Assembly: GCA_040882355.1 (NCBI GenBank)
Contig: JBBEBM010000010.1
Span: 1 to 42,209 of the forward strand
Direction: 5' to 3'
DNA from: Dehalococcoidia bacterium
GTDB lineage: Bacteria; Chloroflexota; Dehalococcoidia; DSTF01; RBG-16-68-14
Length of the DNA: 42,209 nucleotides
The notes beneath the pieces are model-generated. The model was not told the origin of the DNA. It saw only the letters and a list, made by a program, of their open reading frames with translations, and searched no databases. The stretch's first letter is position 1. Each line of letters starts with the position of its first letter. Below, piece by piece: positions 33,483-42,209 of this stretch. The translations under genes were made by a program, and so were the position numbers.

Positions 33483-36380
33483 TTACGTGGTGCAGCTATG
33501 ACCGAACTGCGCCACTGTCGAACCCACGTCGCCAATCGAGACGATCCCGTCCGCCCCCTTCAGGTTCCAGCCATTGGAACCTGGGATGGCGCCACTGCGG
33601 TCAGCCGATGAGTGGTAGCCAGCCGGGCTGCTCGGTGTCGCGCTCGGTGACCCGGGCGTGCCCGACGAGCCGAACCGGCCCACTACCGCGCCGATGTCGC
33701 CCACCGCCACGATGCGGTCCTTCGCCAGGGGCGCGCCGGTGTACTGGTCCATGAAGTCCCATTCGTTGTACGGGTCGCGCAGGCCACCTGTCGGGGAGCC
33801 GTTGCGCAGTTCCTGCTTGTCCGTACAGCCGTCCAGGTCGGAGTCCCACTGGTTCGGAGCGGTCGCTCCGGTCTTTGAGAATTGCTCCACCGCTTGCAGA
33901 GTGCCGACCAGCGGCGCCCCCACCGGCGTGCCCGCCTTGCAGTTAGCCGGCGTCTGCCCAATGAAGATGTCCGCGGTGCCCACGCCGGTGTGGACGCTGA
34001 AGGTGGCGCTGGTGTACACGGTGGGTCCCAGCACGCCGTCCACACCCTGGAAGCAACCTGAGATCGTAATCGTGTTCGGACCGGGGTTGTACGAGCCGTT
34101 GAGCTGGGTGTGGGTCGAATCCATGTCGGCGAACGCGTACGTGCTCGGCAGACCCGGCGGGTCAGCCGCGGTCAAGCCCGGAGGCGGCGCGCCAGCGAGA
34201 CCGTCACCGAAGCGGCCGGGGAAGCCGAGCGGGTTAATCTCGATCCCTGGGTTGTCCACGTAGCAGAACAACCGGGACGTGATCGCGTTCGTCATCTTGT
34301 TGTGCTGGTTCTCGGCCTTGCAGTGGAAGTACGCACCGGGGGTCACGGCGCCGTCGCACGTAGTCGCCAGGAGACGGCCCGGCGCGGTCGCGTCGGTCCC
34401 TGGGAGTCCAGCCAAGGAAGAGCAGTCCGGGTCCGCGCGCTCCATTACGATCTCGTCCGGGTCCGGAACCGTGTTGATGGAAACGATGTGCCATTCGCCC
34501 TTCTGCAGCTGGTCAGTTGTGTCCCAGTAGACATTCTGACCTACGACCAGCGGCACCTGCTGAATCACATTGATAGTGGCGGACAGGTGGTCGTAGCAGT
34601 CGGGATCAGCGGCATCCGCAAGCGTGTCGCCGCCGTCGTCCACTCCATTCGCGCACGTGCCCTTTACGCCCGGCGGGTCTTCCGTGTTCGCGGGGTCGTA
34701 GGGGCCACCGGCCGTCACCTTATTCTTGATGCTGACGACAGTCGCCTTCTTAGTGCCGACAGATCCGCCTACGTCCGCCTCGGCCACCGTGACGAGGACG
34801 TCGGAGATGCTGTTGTAATTGCTGTCCGAGTCCTCCGGGTTGTACGGGTCGTCGCCGCACTTACCCACGGGCAGTGGCAGGTTCAACTCGTCCGCGTCCG
34901 AACAGCCATCCTGGTCGTGGTCGAAGTCCGCCTTCTGGCGGGCGAGCTGGACGACACCAGCGATGTCTTCCGGCTTCGGTGGCTTCGCATACGGGTTCTG
35001 ACAGTCCTTCGCCGACAACCCGAGCCAGACCTGGAGCGTGCCCTTCAGGGTCGTCGCGTCCACCGTCACGTGCGCGTGAACATTCGGGCCCAGCGGCGCG
35101 CCGATGTTGCGGAAGCACACGTTGAGATCGAAGATCTCGTTCATGGAGTCGTAGCTGCCCGTCAGCGGGCCAGGCGAGGCGTTGGTGTACGGCGGCGGTG
35201 GCGGTGCGCCCGCCAGTCCGTCCTCGCGGCTCGGCACCGCGCTGATCGGCGGCAGCGCGGCGAGCGCCGGCGCGTCCGTGTAGCACTGCGCGGCGCCCGT
35301 CAGGTCGCTGCCGGCCTTGTCCACCTTGGCGATGCAGTGGAAGTAGATGCCGGGCAAGACGTTGCCCATGGCGTCCTTGCTTGCCGGAAGGACGGTAGCG
35401 AGTACGTTGTAGAGTCCTGCAGGGTTGTTGCTGCAGTCCGTCTGGTTGAACGGGTCGGCGCCGCCGCCCTTGCCGCCGTCGATCGGGCCCAGCTCGTCCC
35501 AGTCGGTGCAGCCGTCACCGTCCCAGTCGTCAGCGAGCGTGTCGCCGTCTGGCGGCTGCGGCTGCGGGATCGGCGGAGCACCGGAGGTACCGTCCGGGTC
35601 CAGCGGAATCTTTGGCGTCTGAGTGGTGTCGTCGGTCGTGGGGTTCCGCGAGCGGGTCTCGACGACAGCCTGGAACACGAGCGTGTCTCCCGTATCCAGG
35701 CAAGTGGTCGGATCCAGCGCGATGTTCGGCTTGCCAGGCACCGTGGCGGCTGGGGATGTCGTGCCAACGTGCAACTGTGCAAGGCCAAAGTTCGTCAGGT
35801 TCGGGCCGACGTTGGCGATCAGCACATCGGTGGCGGTGCGCGACCATTCGCCCGTCGCTTCGCTGAAGACACAACTGTCAGCAATCAGGTTGGTGTCGGG
35901 CCCCTTCAGTTCCCGCCGCAAGTGCGGCGGCGTGATCGGAAGGCGGTTGTTGTCGTGGATCTGGAACTTCACTGTGGGATTCAGCGAGTTGGCTTCTGGT
36001 CCCGCCTTGCCATCGATCGCCTTATCGATGCAGGTATCGGCGGAGACGACCTTGTTGCCGATGGGGTTCGTCGTGGAGATGCCGGGGTTCAGGTAGGTGA
36101 CGAGGTACAGCGCCTGGGGCTTCCCGGCGCCGTCCGTCTCCAGCCGGCTCATCGACTTGCCCACGCGGATGTCCGCCGGATCGTGTGGCGTGCCCTTGGT
36201 ATGGGTCTGATCGACATCCAGGTAGATGTCGGAGCATGTGACCGCGTTCTGGAGTGCGACGCCCACCTGGGCATGCGCGTACTCGTGCGCAAAGGGCGCG
36301 AGCGTGCTGCCGAGGTACAACGCCCCCACCACAGCGATGCCGAGCGCCACCAGGCGCAGACTCAGTCTTGAGATGTGCAT
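33483..36380 (-). CDS. Large secreted Cys-rich surface protein with C-terminal flexitail (dockerin-like) domain
   Basis: ATG 36380 after GAGGAGG; signal peptide ending AHA; three D.D.DGC.D..EL...DP.N..D motifs; C-terminal duplicated DRIVAVGDIGAVVGRFG / DGIVSIGDVGSTVAQFGHSC. Confidence 0.75.
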   Translation of the reverse strand: MHISRLSLRLVALGIAVVGALYLGSTLAPFAHEYAHAQVGVALQNAVTCSDIYLDVDQTHTKGTPHDPADIRVGKSMSRLETDGAGKPQALYLVTYLNPGISTTNPIGNKVVSADTCIDKAIDGKAGPEANSLNPTVKFQIHDNNRLPITPPHLRRELKGPDTNLIADSCVFSEATGEWSRTATDVLIANVGPNLTNFGLAQLHVGTTSPAATVPGKPNIALDPTTCLDTGDTLVFQAVVETRSRNPTTDDTTQTPKIPLDPDGTSGAPPIPQPQPPDGDTLADDWDGDGCTDWDELGPIDGGKGGGADPFNQTDCSNNPAGLYNVLATVLPASKDAMGNVLPGIYFHCIAKVDKAGSDLTGAAQCYTDAPALAALPPISAVPSREDGLAGAPPPPPYTNASPGPLTGSYDSMNEIFDLNVCFRNIGAPLGPNVHAHVTVDATTLKGTLQVWLGLSAKDCQNPYAKPPKPEDIAGVVQLARQKADFDHDQDGCSDADELNLPLPVGKCGDDPYNPEDSDSNYNSISDVLVTVAEADVGGSVGTKKATVVSIKNKVTAGGPYDPANTEDPPGVKGTCANGVDDGGDTLADAADPDCYDHLSATINVIQQVPLVVGQNVYWDTTDQLQKGEWHIVSINTVPDPDEIVMERADPDCSSLAGLPGTDATAPGRLLATTCDGAVTPGAYFHCKAENQHNKMTNAITSRLFCYVDNPGIEINPLGFPGRFGDGLAGAPPPGLTAADPPGLPSTYAFADMDSTHTQLNGSYNPGPNTITISGCFQGVDGVLGPTVYTSATFSVHTGVGTADIFIGQTPANCKAGTPVGAPLVGTLQAVEQFSKTGATAPNQWDSDLDGCTDKQELRNGSPTGGLRDPYNEWDFMDQYTGAPLAKDRIVAVGDIGAVVGRFGSSGTPGSPSATPSSPAGYHSSADRSGAIPGSNGWNLKGADGIVSIGDVGSTVAQFGHSCTT

Positions 36381-36907
36381 TTGTTTCCTCCTCAAGATGT
36401 CATGTGTGTGGATGAAGTGGGGTTCGTCGCTTCCTACGGCCGTCCCCTCCTTTCCTTGAACGGCCCCCGCACCAGGAACCAGAGACATACCCACATCGAG
36501 CCCCACGCCACTGCCAGGCCGTAAGCAGCTTTACGCCCTTGTTCCCGTTCACCACAGAAACAGGAGGAAACGCATGCCGTGGGGCTCGATCCGGGCATCT
36601 CCCCAGACCGTCCGATGAGTCTTGCGCCACCAGCGCAAACGCCAAGTCAAGCCTCTCCTTCGGCATCCCCGCCTACCCAGGCAGACTGGTTCTCGTCACT
36701 TTGTCGTTGTTGGGGTAACGTTCGATGACCCCGCCTGGACGTGAGCGCCAAGCCATCGTCGGTCCCCCTCCCGGAAACAGACGTACGGCTGCTATAGTGG
36801 CCTGGCGAAAACTATTATACACCCCTTGTCAAGCCCCCTGTTGGGGGTATTGCGGAAATTCGCCGCCCCGGCTTCCGGCCGGCCATCAAGAGGCGCTCCT
36901 GCCGTAG

Positions 36908-38095
36908 CTAGGGCGACACGACCCGCACCTCGCCCTGGGCGGTTCCCTGGTTGTTCGCGAGCGCACTCGGCGGTTCGCCGCCGCCGGCGTGCTCGATGCT
37001 CGCGACCAAGTCGACCCAGAACCTGTCGCCAACCAGCCGCGGAGTGTGACACTCGATCGTCACGGAGAACGCGATCGACGCCTTGTTTCCGCTCGCAACC
37101 GAGACCTCCCGTTCGCCCGCTGTATCGTCGGGCAGGCCATCGCGGTTGTTATCGATCCAGCATCCTTCTGGCAGACCGGACGCGCTGAGCCTGACCCGCA
37201 CGGTATCGCGGTGGTCGCTCCGATTCTGCACGACGACGCCAACTCGCCTCGTGCCGCCGTCCGCGTCGCCCAGCGGTGCGCGCAGGGCCCGCGTCCAGCC
37301 TCCGATCTGAATCCCGGCCTGCCGCCGGTTCTGGTCGACGATCGCGACGTCGTGGCCGGTCTCGGGAGCGGGTGTCGGGGTCGCCTTGGGTGGGCTCGTC
37401 GGCGTCGCCTTCGCAGTCGGCGGCGGTGTCACCTCGAACGGTCCCGGCGAGACGGCGGTGGCGGTCGGCTTCGGCGTGCTCGTTGCCTTGGGCGCCGCCG
37501 TCGGCGGTGGTGTGGCTGTCTGCCCGCAGACCACCGTGGCGTTTGCCCTGGCCGGGTCGATGGGCCGCAGCCCGGCGTCCAGGAAGTGCGTGCCTAGCTG
37601 GGCATCGCCCTCACGTGGTACGAACGCCAGCACGGACGCGCCGTCCTGGGCGCACTGAAAGCGGAACTGCAGGATGGCGCCCGTCATCGTCTCGCCTTGG
37701 GTCGGGAGAGGGAGCGGTACACAGCCGAAGAGGAGCGAAGCGTCGGGTGGCACCGCCGTGCGGTTGTCGACATGTCCCGACCATGCGCACAACGGCCAGA
37801 GGTTCTCCTCAGCCGACGTCTTCGCCGGCAGGTAGTGCACGCGCGCGTCGTCCCAGCGCACCTTCATCTGGTGCGCGAAGTAGCCTCCGCCAGGCGCGCT
37901 CGTCACGTGGACTTGCACGCTGAACGCCGTGCCTGATGGATAGCTGCAGCTACTCTGCGCACCGGCGGTCGATGCATCACAGTCCACAGCCACGCCTCCG
38001 TCGACGCTTGCCGACGTGCTCGCGAGCTGCCAGGCCAGGATGACCAGGAGGAATATGAAGCCTGTGATGATCGTCATCTGCCGGTCAGTTAACAT
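36908..38095 (-). CDS. Secreted protein: cohesin-like beta sandwich, Pro/Thr linker, second beta domain
   Basis: Signal peptide; GTAFSVQVHV...YFAHQMKVRWDD cohesin-like pattern; TATPPPTAAPKATSTPKPTAT linker; GAGAGGAG RBS. Confidence 0.6.
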   Translation of the reverse strand: MLTDRQMTIITGFIFLLVILAWQLASTSASVDGGVAVDCDASTAGAQSSCSYPSGTAFSVQVHVTSAPGGGYFAHQMKVRWDDARVHYLPAKTSAEENLWPLCAWSGHVDNRTAVPPDASLLFGCVPLPLPTQGETMTGAILQFRFQCAQDGASVLAFVPREGDAQLGTHFLDAGLRPIDPARANATVVCGQTATPPPTAAPKATSTPKPTATAVSPGPFEVTPPPTAKATPTSPPKATPTPAPETGHDVAIVDQNRRQAGIQIGGWTRALRAPLGDADGGTRRVGVVVQNRSDHRDTVRVRLSASGLPEGCWIDNNRDGLPDDTAGEREVSVASGNKASIAFSVTIECHTPRLVGDRFWVDLVASIEHAGGGEPPSALANNQGTAQGEVRVVSP

Positions 38096-38256
38096 CGGTC
38101 CTCCTCTCGGGCGAGGCCGCCCGAAGCGCGTGAGTCGCGCAGGCGAATGCGCGCCGGTGCCGGCGAGACGCTCGCGTGCGGGTTAGCAGTGGTTCCAGGA
38201 CGGGAGCCTTGGGGTGCGGAACGAGAGGCAGTGCGACGTAAGCGTGCACGGCAGCT

Positions 38257-38345
38257 CCGGCGACCCGGCCGTCATAGTCGCCCGCCTGCGACCTTAGACC
38301 CGTGGTTTTGCGTCCCCGGCTTTCGCCGGGTTTGCCTTTTTCGGA
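38257..38345 (-). ncRNA. Cyclic di-GMP-I (GEMM) riboswitch
   Basis: Minus strand reads AAAGGCAAACCCGGCGAAAGCCGGGGACGCAAAACCACGGGTCTAAGG...ATGACGGCCGGGTCGCCG: GGCAAAC, GAAA tetraloop, GACGCAAA and CTAA receptor all present. Confidence 0.92.
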
Positions 38346-38511
38346 GGTCTTCCTGGAGCAACGGCAGTGCGTTCCTGTTCGCGCTCCGTCTAGACCATCG
38401 ACCGCGCCGGCGAAATCTGAACGGCCAGTGATCGCCGAACACCCGACCGCTCATTGACCGCCACGTGCGCGCTTCCGTATTATGCCCGTAGCATCCCAAA
38501 GGAGTCGATCC

Positions 38512-39624
38512 GTGAACCTGCGCATCCCTGGACCCACGCCCTGCCCCGACGACGTCCTGGAGGCGATGGGCCGGCAGATGATCAATCATCGCGGCCCGGA
38601 GTTCGCCGAGATCCTCGCGCGCGTCACCGAGGGTCTGAAGTTCATACTTCAGACCCGCCAGGACGTGCTCGTCCTCTCGTGCTCCGGCACCGGCGCGATG
38701 GAAGCGATGGTGGTCAACACGCTTTCCCCCGGCGACCGCGCCCTCGTCGTCTCCATCGGCGCCTTCGGCGACCGCTTCGCGAACCTCATCGAGACGTACG
38801 GCGCCTCCGTCACGAAGCTCGATTTCGAGTGGGGCACCGCCGCCGATCCCGACGCGATCGGCCAGGCGCTGAAGGCCGACTCTTCGATCAGAGCGGTCTT
38901 CGTCACCCACAACGAGACCTCCACCGGCGTCACGAACGACCTCGGCGCGATCGCGCACGTCTGCCGCCGCGAACGGCCCGACGTGCTGATCTGCGTCGAC
39001 GCCATAAGCAGCCTCGGCTCCCTCAACTGCCCGGTCGATGCCTGGGACCTCGATGTCGTCGCCACGGGCTCGCAGAAAGGGTGGATGGTGCCGCCCGGTC
39101 TCGCCATGATCTCGGTCAGCCCGCGCGGCTGGCAGGCCTGGGAGCAGGCGAAGATGCCGCGCTTCTACTTCGACCTGGGCCGCGCGCGCGACATGGCGCT
39201 CAAGGGCCAGACGCCCTGGACGCCCGTCGTCTCCATCTTCTACGCGCTCGACGTCGCCCTCCAGAAGCTCGTTGCTGAGGGCGTCGAGGGCATCGTCGAG
39301 CGCCACCGACACCTGGGCGAGCTGACGCGCGCCGGCGTGAAGTCGCTCGGCCTGCAGCTCTTCGCGGACGAACGGTTCGCCTCCAACACGGTCACGGCAG
39401 TGCGTGTGCCGGACGGCGTCGAGGGCTCCGCCCTCAACAAGATGCTGCGCGAGGAGTACGACCTCGTCGTCGCGGGCGGGCAGGGCAAGCTGGCCGGCCA
39501 GATCTTCCGCATCGGCCACCTCGGCTGGGCGAGCGAGCAGGACCTCGAGGCGACGTTCGACGCCCTCCGCGCCGCGCTGCCACGCCTCGGCTACAAGCTC
39601 CCCGAAGGCGCGACGGCCGGATAG
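38512..39624 (+). CDS. Class V PLP aminotransferase (serine-glyoxylate/phosphoserine aminotransferase-like)
   Basis: LRIPGPTP, HRGPEF, SGTGAMEA, THNETSTGV, VDAISS, TGSQKGWM.PPG, FRIGHLG; upstream of serA. Confidence 0.92.
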   Translation: MNLRIPGPTPCPDDVLEAMGRQMINHRGPEFAEILARVTEGLKFILQTRQDVLVLSCSGTGAMEAMVVNTLSPGDRALVVSIGAFGDRFANLIETYGASVTKLDFEWGTAADPDAIGQALKADSSIRAVFVTHNETSTGVTNDLGAIAHVCRRERPDVLICVDAISSLGSLNCPVDAWDLDVVATGSQKGWMVPPGLAMISVSPRGWQAWEQAKMPRFYFDLGRARDMALKGQTPWTPVVSIFYALDVALQKLVAEGVEGIVERHRHLGELTRAGVKSLGLQLFADERFASNTVTAVRVPDGVEGSALNKMLREEYDLVVAGGQGKLAGQIFRIGHLGWASEQDLEATFDALRAALPRLGYKLPEGATAG

Positions 39625-39654
39625 CCTCGCGTCCATCGGGGTTCGCTGCCTGCC

Positions 39655-40446
39655 ATGACCCCCGACGTCGATCCCGTTGCTCATAACCGCGCCGCCTGGG
39701 ACAGGCAGGTGGAGCAGGACAACGAGTGGTCACGGCCCGTCGGCCCGGACGTGATCGCCCGCGCCCGGGAGGGCGACTGGTCCGTTGTCCTCATCGGCTA
39801 CGAACCGGTACCGCGCGACTGGTTCCCGCCCGACCTCCACGGCGTCGACATCCTCTGCCTCGCATCGGGCGGCGGTCAGCAGGGCCCGGTGCTCGCGGCC
39901 GCCGGCGCGAACGTCACCGTCTTCGATAACTCGCCCCGTCAGCTCGAACAGGACCGCACCGTCGCCAACCGCGACGGCCTCGCAATCGAGACCGTCCTCG
40001 GCGACATGCGCGACCTCAGCGCCTTCGCGGGCGAGAGCTTCGACCTCATCTTGCATCCCGTCTCCAACCTCTTCTGCCCGGAGCTCGCGCCGGTCTGGCG
40101 CGAGTGCTTCCGTGTGCTCCGGCCCGCCGGCGCGTTACTCGCGGGCTTCATGAACCCCGATCTCTTCATCTTCGATATGGAAGCGCAGGACCGGCGAGGC
40201 GAGCTCGTCGTCCGTCATCAGCTCCCGTATGCCGACCTCACGCACCTCTCCACGGAAGAGCGCGAGCGCCTGGTGGGGCCCGACGCGCCCCTCGAGTACA
40301 GCCATACGATGACCGAGCAGGTTGGCGGCCAGCTCGCGGCGGGGTTCGTGCTCACCGCGTTCGCGGAAGCGCCGCATCACGCCAGCATCACCGCGAAGTT
40401 CATGCCCGGCTACTTCGCGACGCGGGCGCTCAAGCCAACACTGTAA
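39655..40446 (+). CDS. Class I SAM-dependent methyltransferase
   Basis: ILCLASGGGQQGP, VFDNS..QL, GDMRDLS.F..ESFDLI.HPVSN, ECFRVLRP.G.L.AGF.NP. Confidence 0.88.
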   Translation: MTPDVDPVAHNRAAWDRQVEQDNEWSRPVGPDVIARAREGDWSVVLIGYEPVPRDWFPPDLHGVDILCLASGGGQQGPVLAAAGANVTVFDNSPRQLEQDRTVANRDGLAIETVLGDMRDLSAFAGESFDLILHPVSNLFCPELAPVWRECFRVLRPAGALLAGFMNPDLFIFDMEAQDRRGELVVRHQLPYADLTHLSTEERERLVGPDAPLEYSHTMTEQVGGQLAAGFVLTAFAEAPHHASITAKFMPGYFATRALKPTL

Positions 40447-40493
40447 GGGGCGGGCCTTCGACCCGCCCAGGGCGACCAGACGGTCGCCCCTAC
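40443..40493. repeat. GTAG-type REP doublet (two inverted hairpins)
   Basis: GTAAGGGGCGGGCC-TTCG-ACCCGCCC followed by GGGCGACC-AGAC-GGTCGCCCCTAC. Confidence 0.55.
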
Positions 40494-40556
40494 GACCGCG
40501 CCACCATCGGGGCGCTCGCACATCGCCCAGACGACACGTCCGCGCTAGAATGGGCC

Positions 40557-42141
40557 ATGCCCAAGGTCCTCGTCACCGACCCAATCGCTCAAGAGGGCAT
40601 CGACGTCCTCAAACGCGAGGCCGAGGTCGACGTGCGCCTGCGCCCTTCGCCCGATGAGCTTCTGCAGCTCGTCGCTGACTGCGACGCGCTCGTCGTGCGC
40701 TCCGAGACGAAGGTGACGCGCGACGTGATCGCCGCGGGCGCGCGCCTGCAAGTGATCGGCCGCGCGGGCTCCGGCGTCGACAACATCGATACCGACGCCG
40801 CGACAGAACGCGGCGTGCTCGTCGTCAATGCGCCCACCGGCAACATCATCTCCGCCGCCGAGCACACCATCGCGCTGATGCTCACGCTCGCACGCCACGT
40901 CCCCGAGGCGTTCGAATCGCTTCGCGCGGGCCGCTGGGAGCGCCAGCGCTTCGTCGGCGTCGAGCTGCGGGGCAAGACGCTGGGCGTCGTCGGCCTCGGC
41001 CAGGTGGGCACGGAGGTGGCACGGCGCGCGCGAGGCATGGAGATGCGCGTGATCGCCCACGACCCCTATATCATGACCGAGCGCGCCCAGAGTCTCGGCG
41101 TCGAGGCCGTCTCCTTCGACGAGCTACTCGCCCAGTCCGACTTCATCACCCTCCACACGCGCCTCACCGACGCCAACCGCGACATGATCGGCGACGAACA
41201 GCTACGCATGGTGAAGCCGAACCTGCGCATCGTCAACACCGCGCGCGGCGAGCTGATCGACGAAGCGGCGCTCATCGCCGCGCTCGACGAGGGCCGCGTC
41301 GCGGGCGCTGGCATCGATGTCTTCNNNNNNNNNNCGCGAGGAGCCGCCCGGCGAAAGCGCCCTGCTGACGCACGACAAGGTGATCGTCACGCCGCACCTC
41401 GGCGCGCTCACCGAAGAGGCGCAGGAGCGCGTCGCCGTCGACGTCGCCGAGGAGGTGCTCGCCGTGTTGCGCGGCGATCCCGCGCGCTACGCCGTCAACG
41501 CGCCCTTCGTCTCGCCAGAGGCGATGCAGGTGCTGCGGCCGTACCTCGCCGCCGCCGAGAAGACCGCCTCGCTGGCGACGCAGCTCTCCGACGGCCAGCT
41601 CCGCGCCGTCGAGCTCGTCTACGAAGGCGACATCGCCGACCTGGACGTGACGCCGCTCAAGGCCGCCGCGATCAAGGGCCTGCTCGCGCCCGTCAGCGGC
41701 GAGAACGTGACGATCGTAAACGCGAACCTCGTCGCCGAGCGACGCGGTCTGCGCATCACGCAGCGCACCGGCCCGGCGCAGGACTACCCGAACCTGATCA
41801 CCGTCCGCCTCACCACCGACGACACCACCACCACCGTATCGGGCACCGCCTTCCACGACGGCGTTCACATTGAGCGGGTGCGCGACTTCCTGGTCGACAT
41901 CCCGCCCGGCGACACCTACCTCCTCTTCTGCGAGAACCTGGACCGGCCGGGCATGGTCGCGGCCGTCGGCGGCGTGCTGGCCGAGAACGACATCAACATC
42001 AGCTCGATGCGGCTGGGCCGGGAGCACGTGCGCGGCCGCGCCCTGATGGTGCTCGGGCTCGATGACCCCGTGTCACCCGACCTCCTCCAGCAGCTCGAAG
42101 CGCTCCCCGACATCTACTCGGCCCGCGCCGCGAAGGTGTGA
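40557..42141 (+). CDS. serA: D-3-phosphoglycerate dehydrogenase with ASB and ACT domains; interrupted by an assembly gap
   Basis: VRSETKV, IGRAGSGVDNID, GLGQVG, NTARG, TPHLGA.T.EAQ, C-terminal DRPGM ACT domain; frames on either side of the N-run join as GIDVF/REEPP. Confidence 0.93.
41325..41334. other. Scaffold gap (10 N)
   Basis: Run of n characters. Confidence 0.99.
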
Positions 42142-42166
42142 CGCCTCCCCCACGCCCGGCCCCCCA

Positions 42167-42209
42167 GGGTCGCGGGTCGCGGGTCGCGGGTCGCGGGGGG
42201 GGGGGGGGG
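42167..42209. repeat. (GGGTCGC)x4 heptamer repeat followed by terminal poly-G
   Basis: Directly visible; the poly-G is probably a sequencing or contig-end artefact. Confidence 0.8.

Noticed and set aside
38257..38345. cGAMP-sensing (GEMM-Ib) riboswitch variant
   Set aside because: The discriminating position reads G (AAGGCAAAC), the canonical c-di-GMP type
41317..41340. Apparent frameshift or pseudogene in serA
   Set aside because: It coincides with a 10-N scaffold placeholder; joining the flanks gives GIDVF-REEPP, matching the conserved DVFxxEP motif, so the gene is probably intact
42195..42209. Poly-G tract as a G-quadruplex or phase-variation element
   Set aside because: It lies at the contig end after a microsatellite and is most likely a sequencing artefact

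Overview
High-GC bacterial chromosomal window, most likely Chloroflexota (Dehalococcoidia-like). This placement is inferred from a C-terminal 'flexitail'-type surface protein, an acyl-CoA dehydrogenase expansion and Gram-positive-type SOS boxes. It looks like scaffolded assembly data: a 10-N gap inside serA and a terminal poly-G. Housekeeping content includes recA, yggU/yggT/proC/yggS, selA, htpX, a HIT protein, yqeK, a class V aminotransferase and serA. Main candidate novel system: a host-like (no obvious compositional break), integrase-free phage DNA-packaging module on the minus strand. It comprises three small hydrophobic proteins, a TerS-like gene, an intact large terminase and a Cys4-HTH protein, plus a portal gene about 3.6 kb further on. 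Its sigma70-type promoter (TTGACG-17-TACTCT) carries a LexA-type box (GAAC-ATAT-GTAC) in exactly the same spacer position as the box in the recA promoter of this window. This suggests a domesticated, SOS-controlled, gene-transfer-agent-like system. Other points of interest: (i) a TetR-led operon with five catalytic acyl-CoA dehydrogenase subunits but only one non-catalytic partner; (ii) a c-di-GMP-I riboswitch ahead of a cohesin-like secreted protein that lies next to a giant dockerin-like/flexitail surface protein; (iii) a 7-PAS LuxR regulator with an exact 378-nt internal period; (iv) a 2Fe-2S-fused class III cyclase with atypical specificity residues. All family assignments are from motif recognition by eye, with no database searches.
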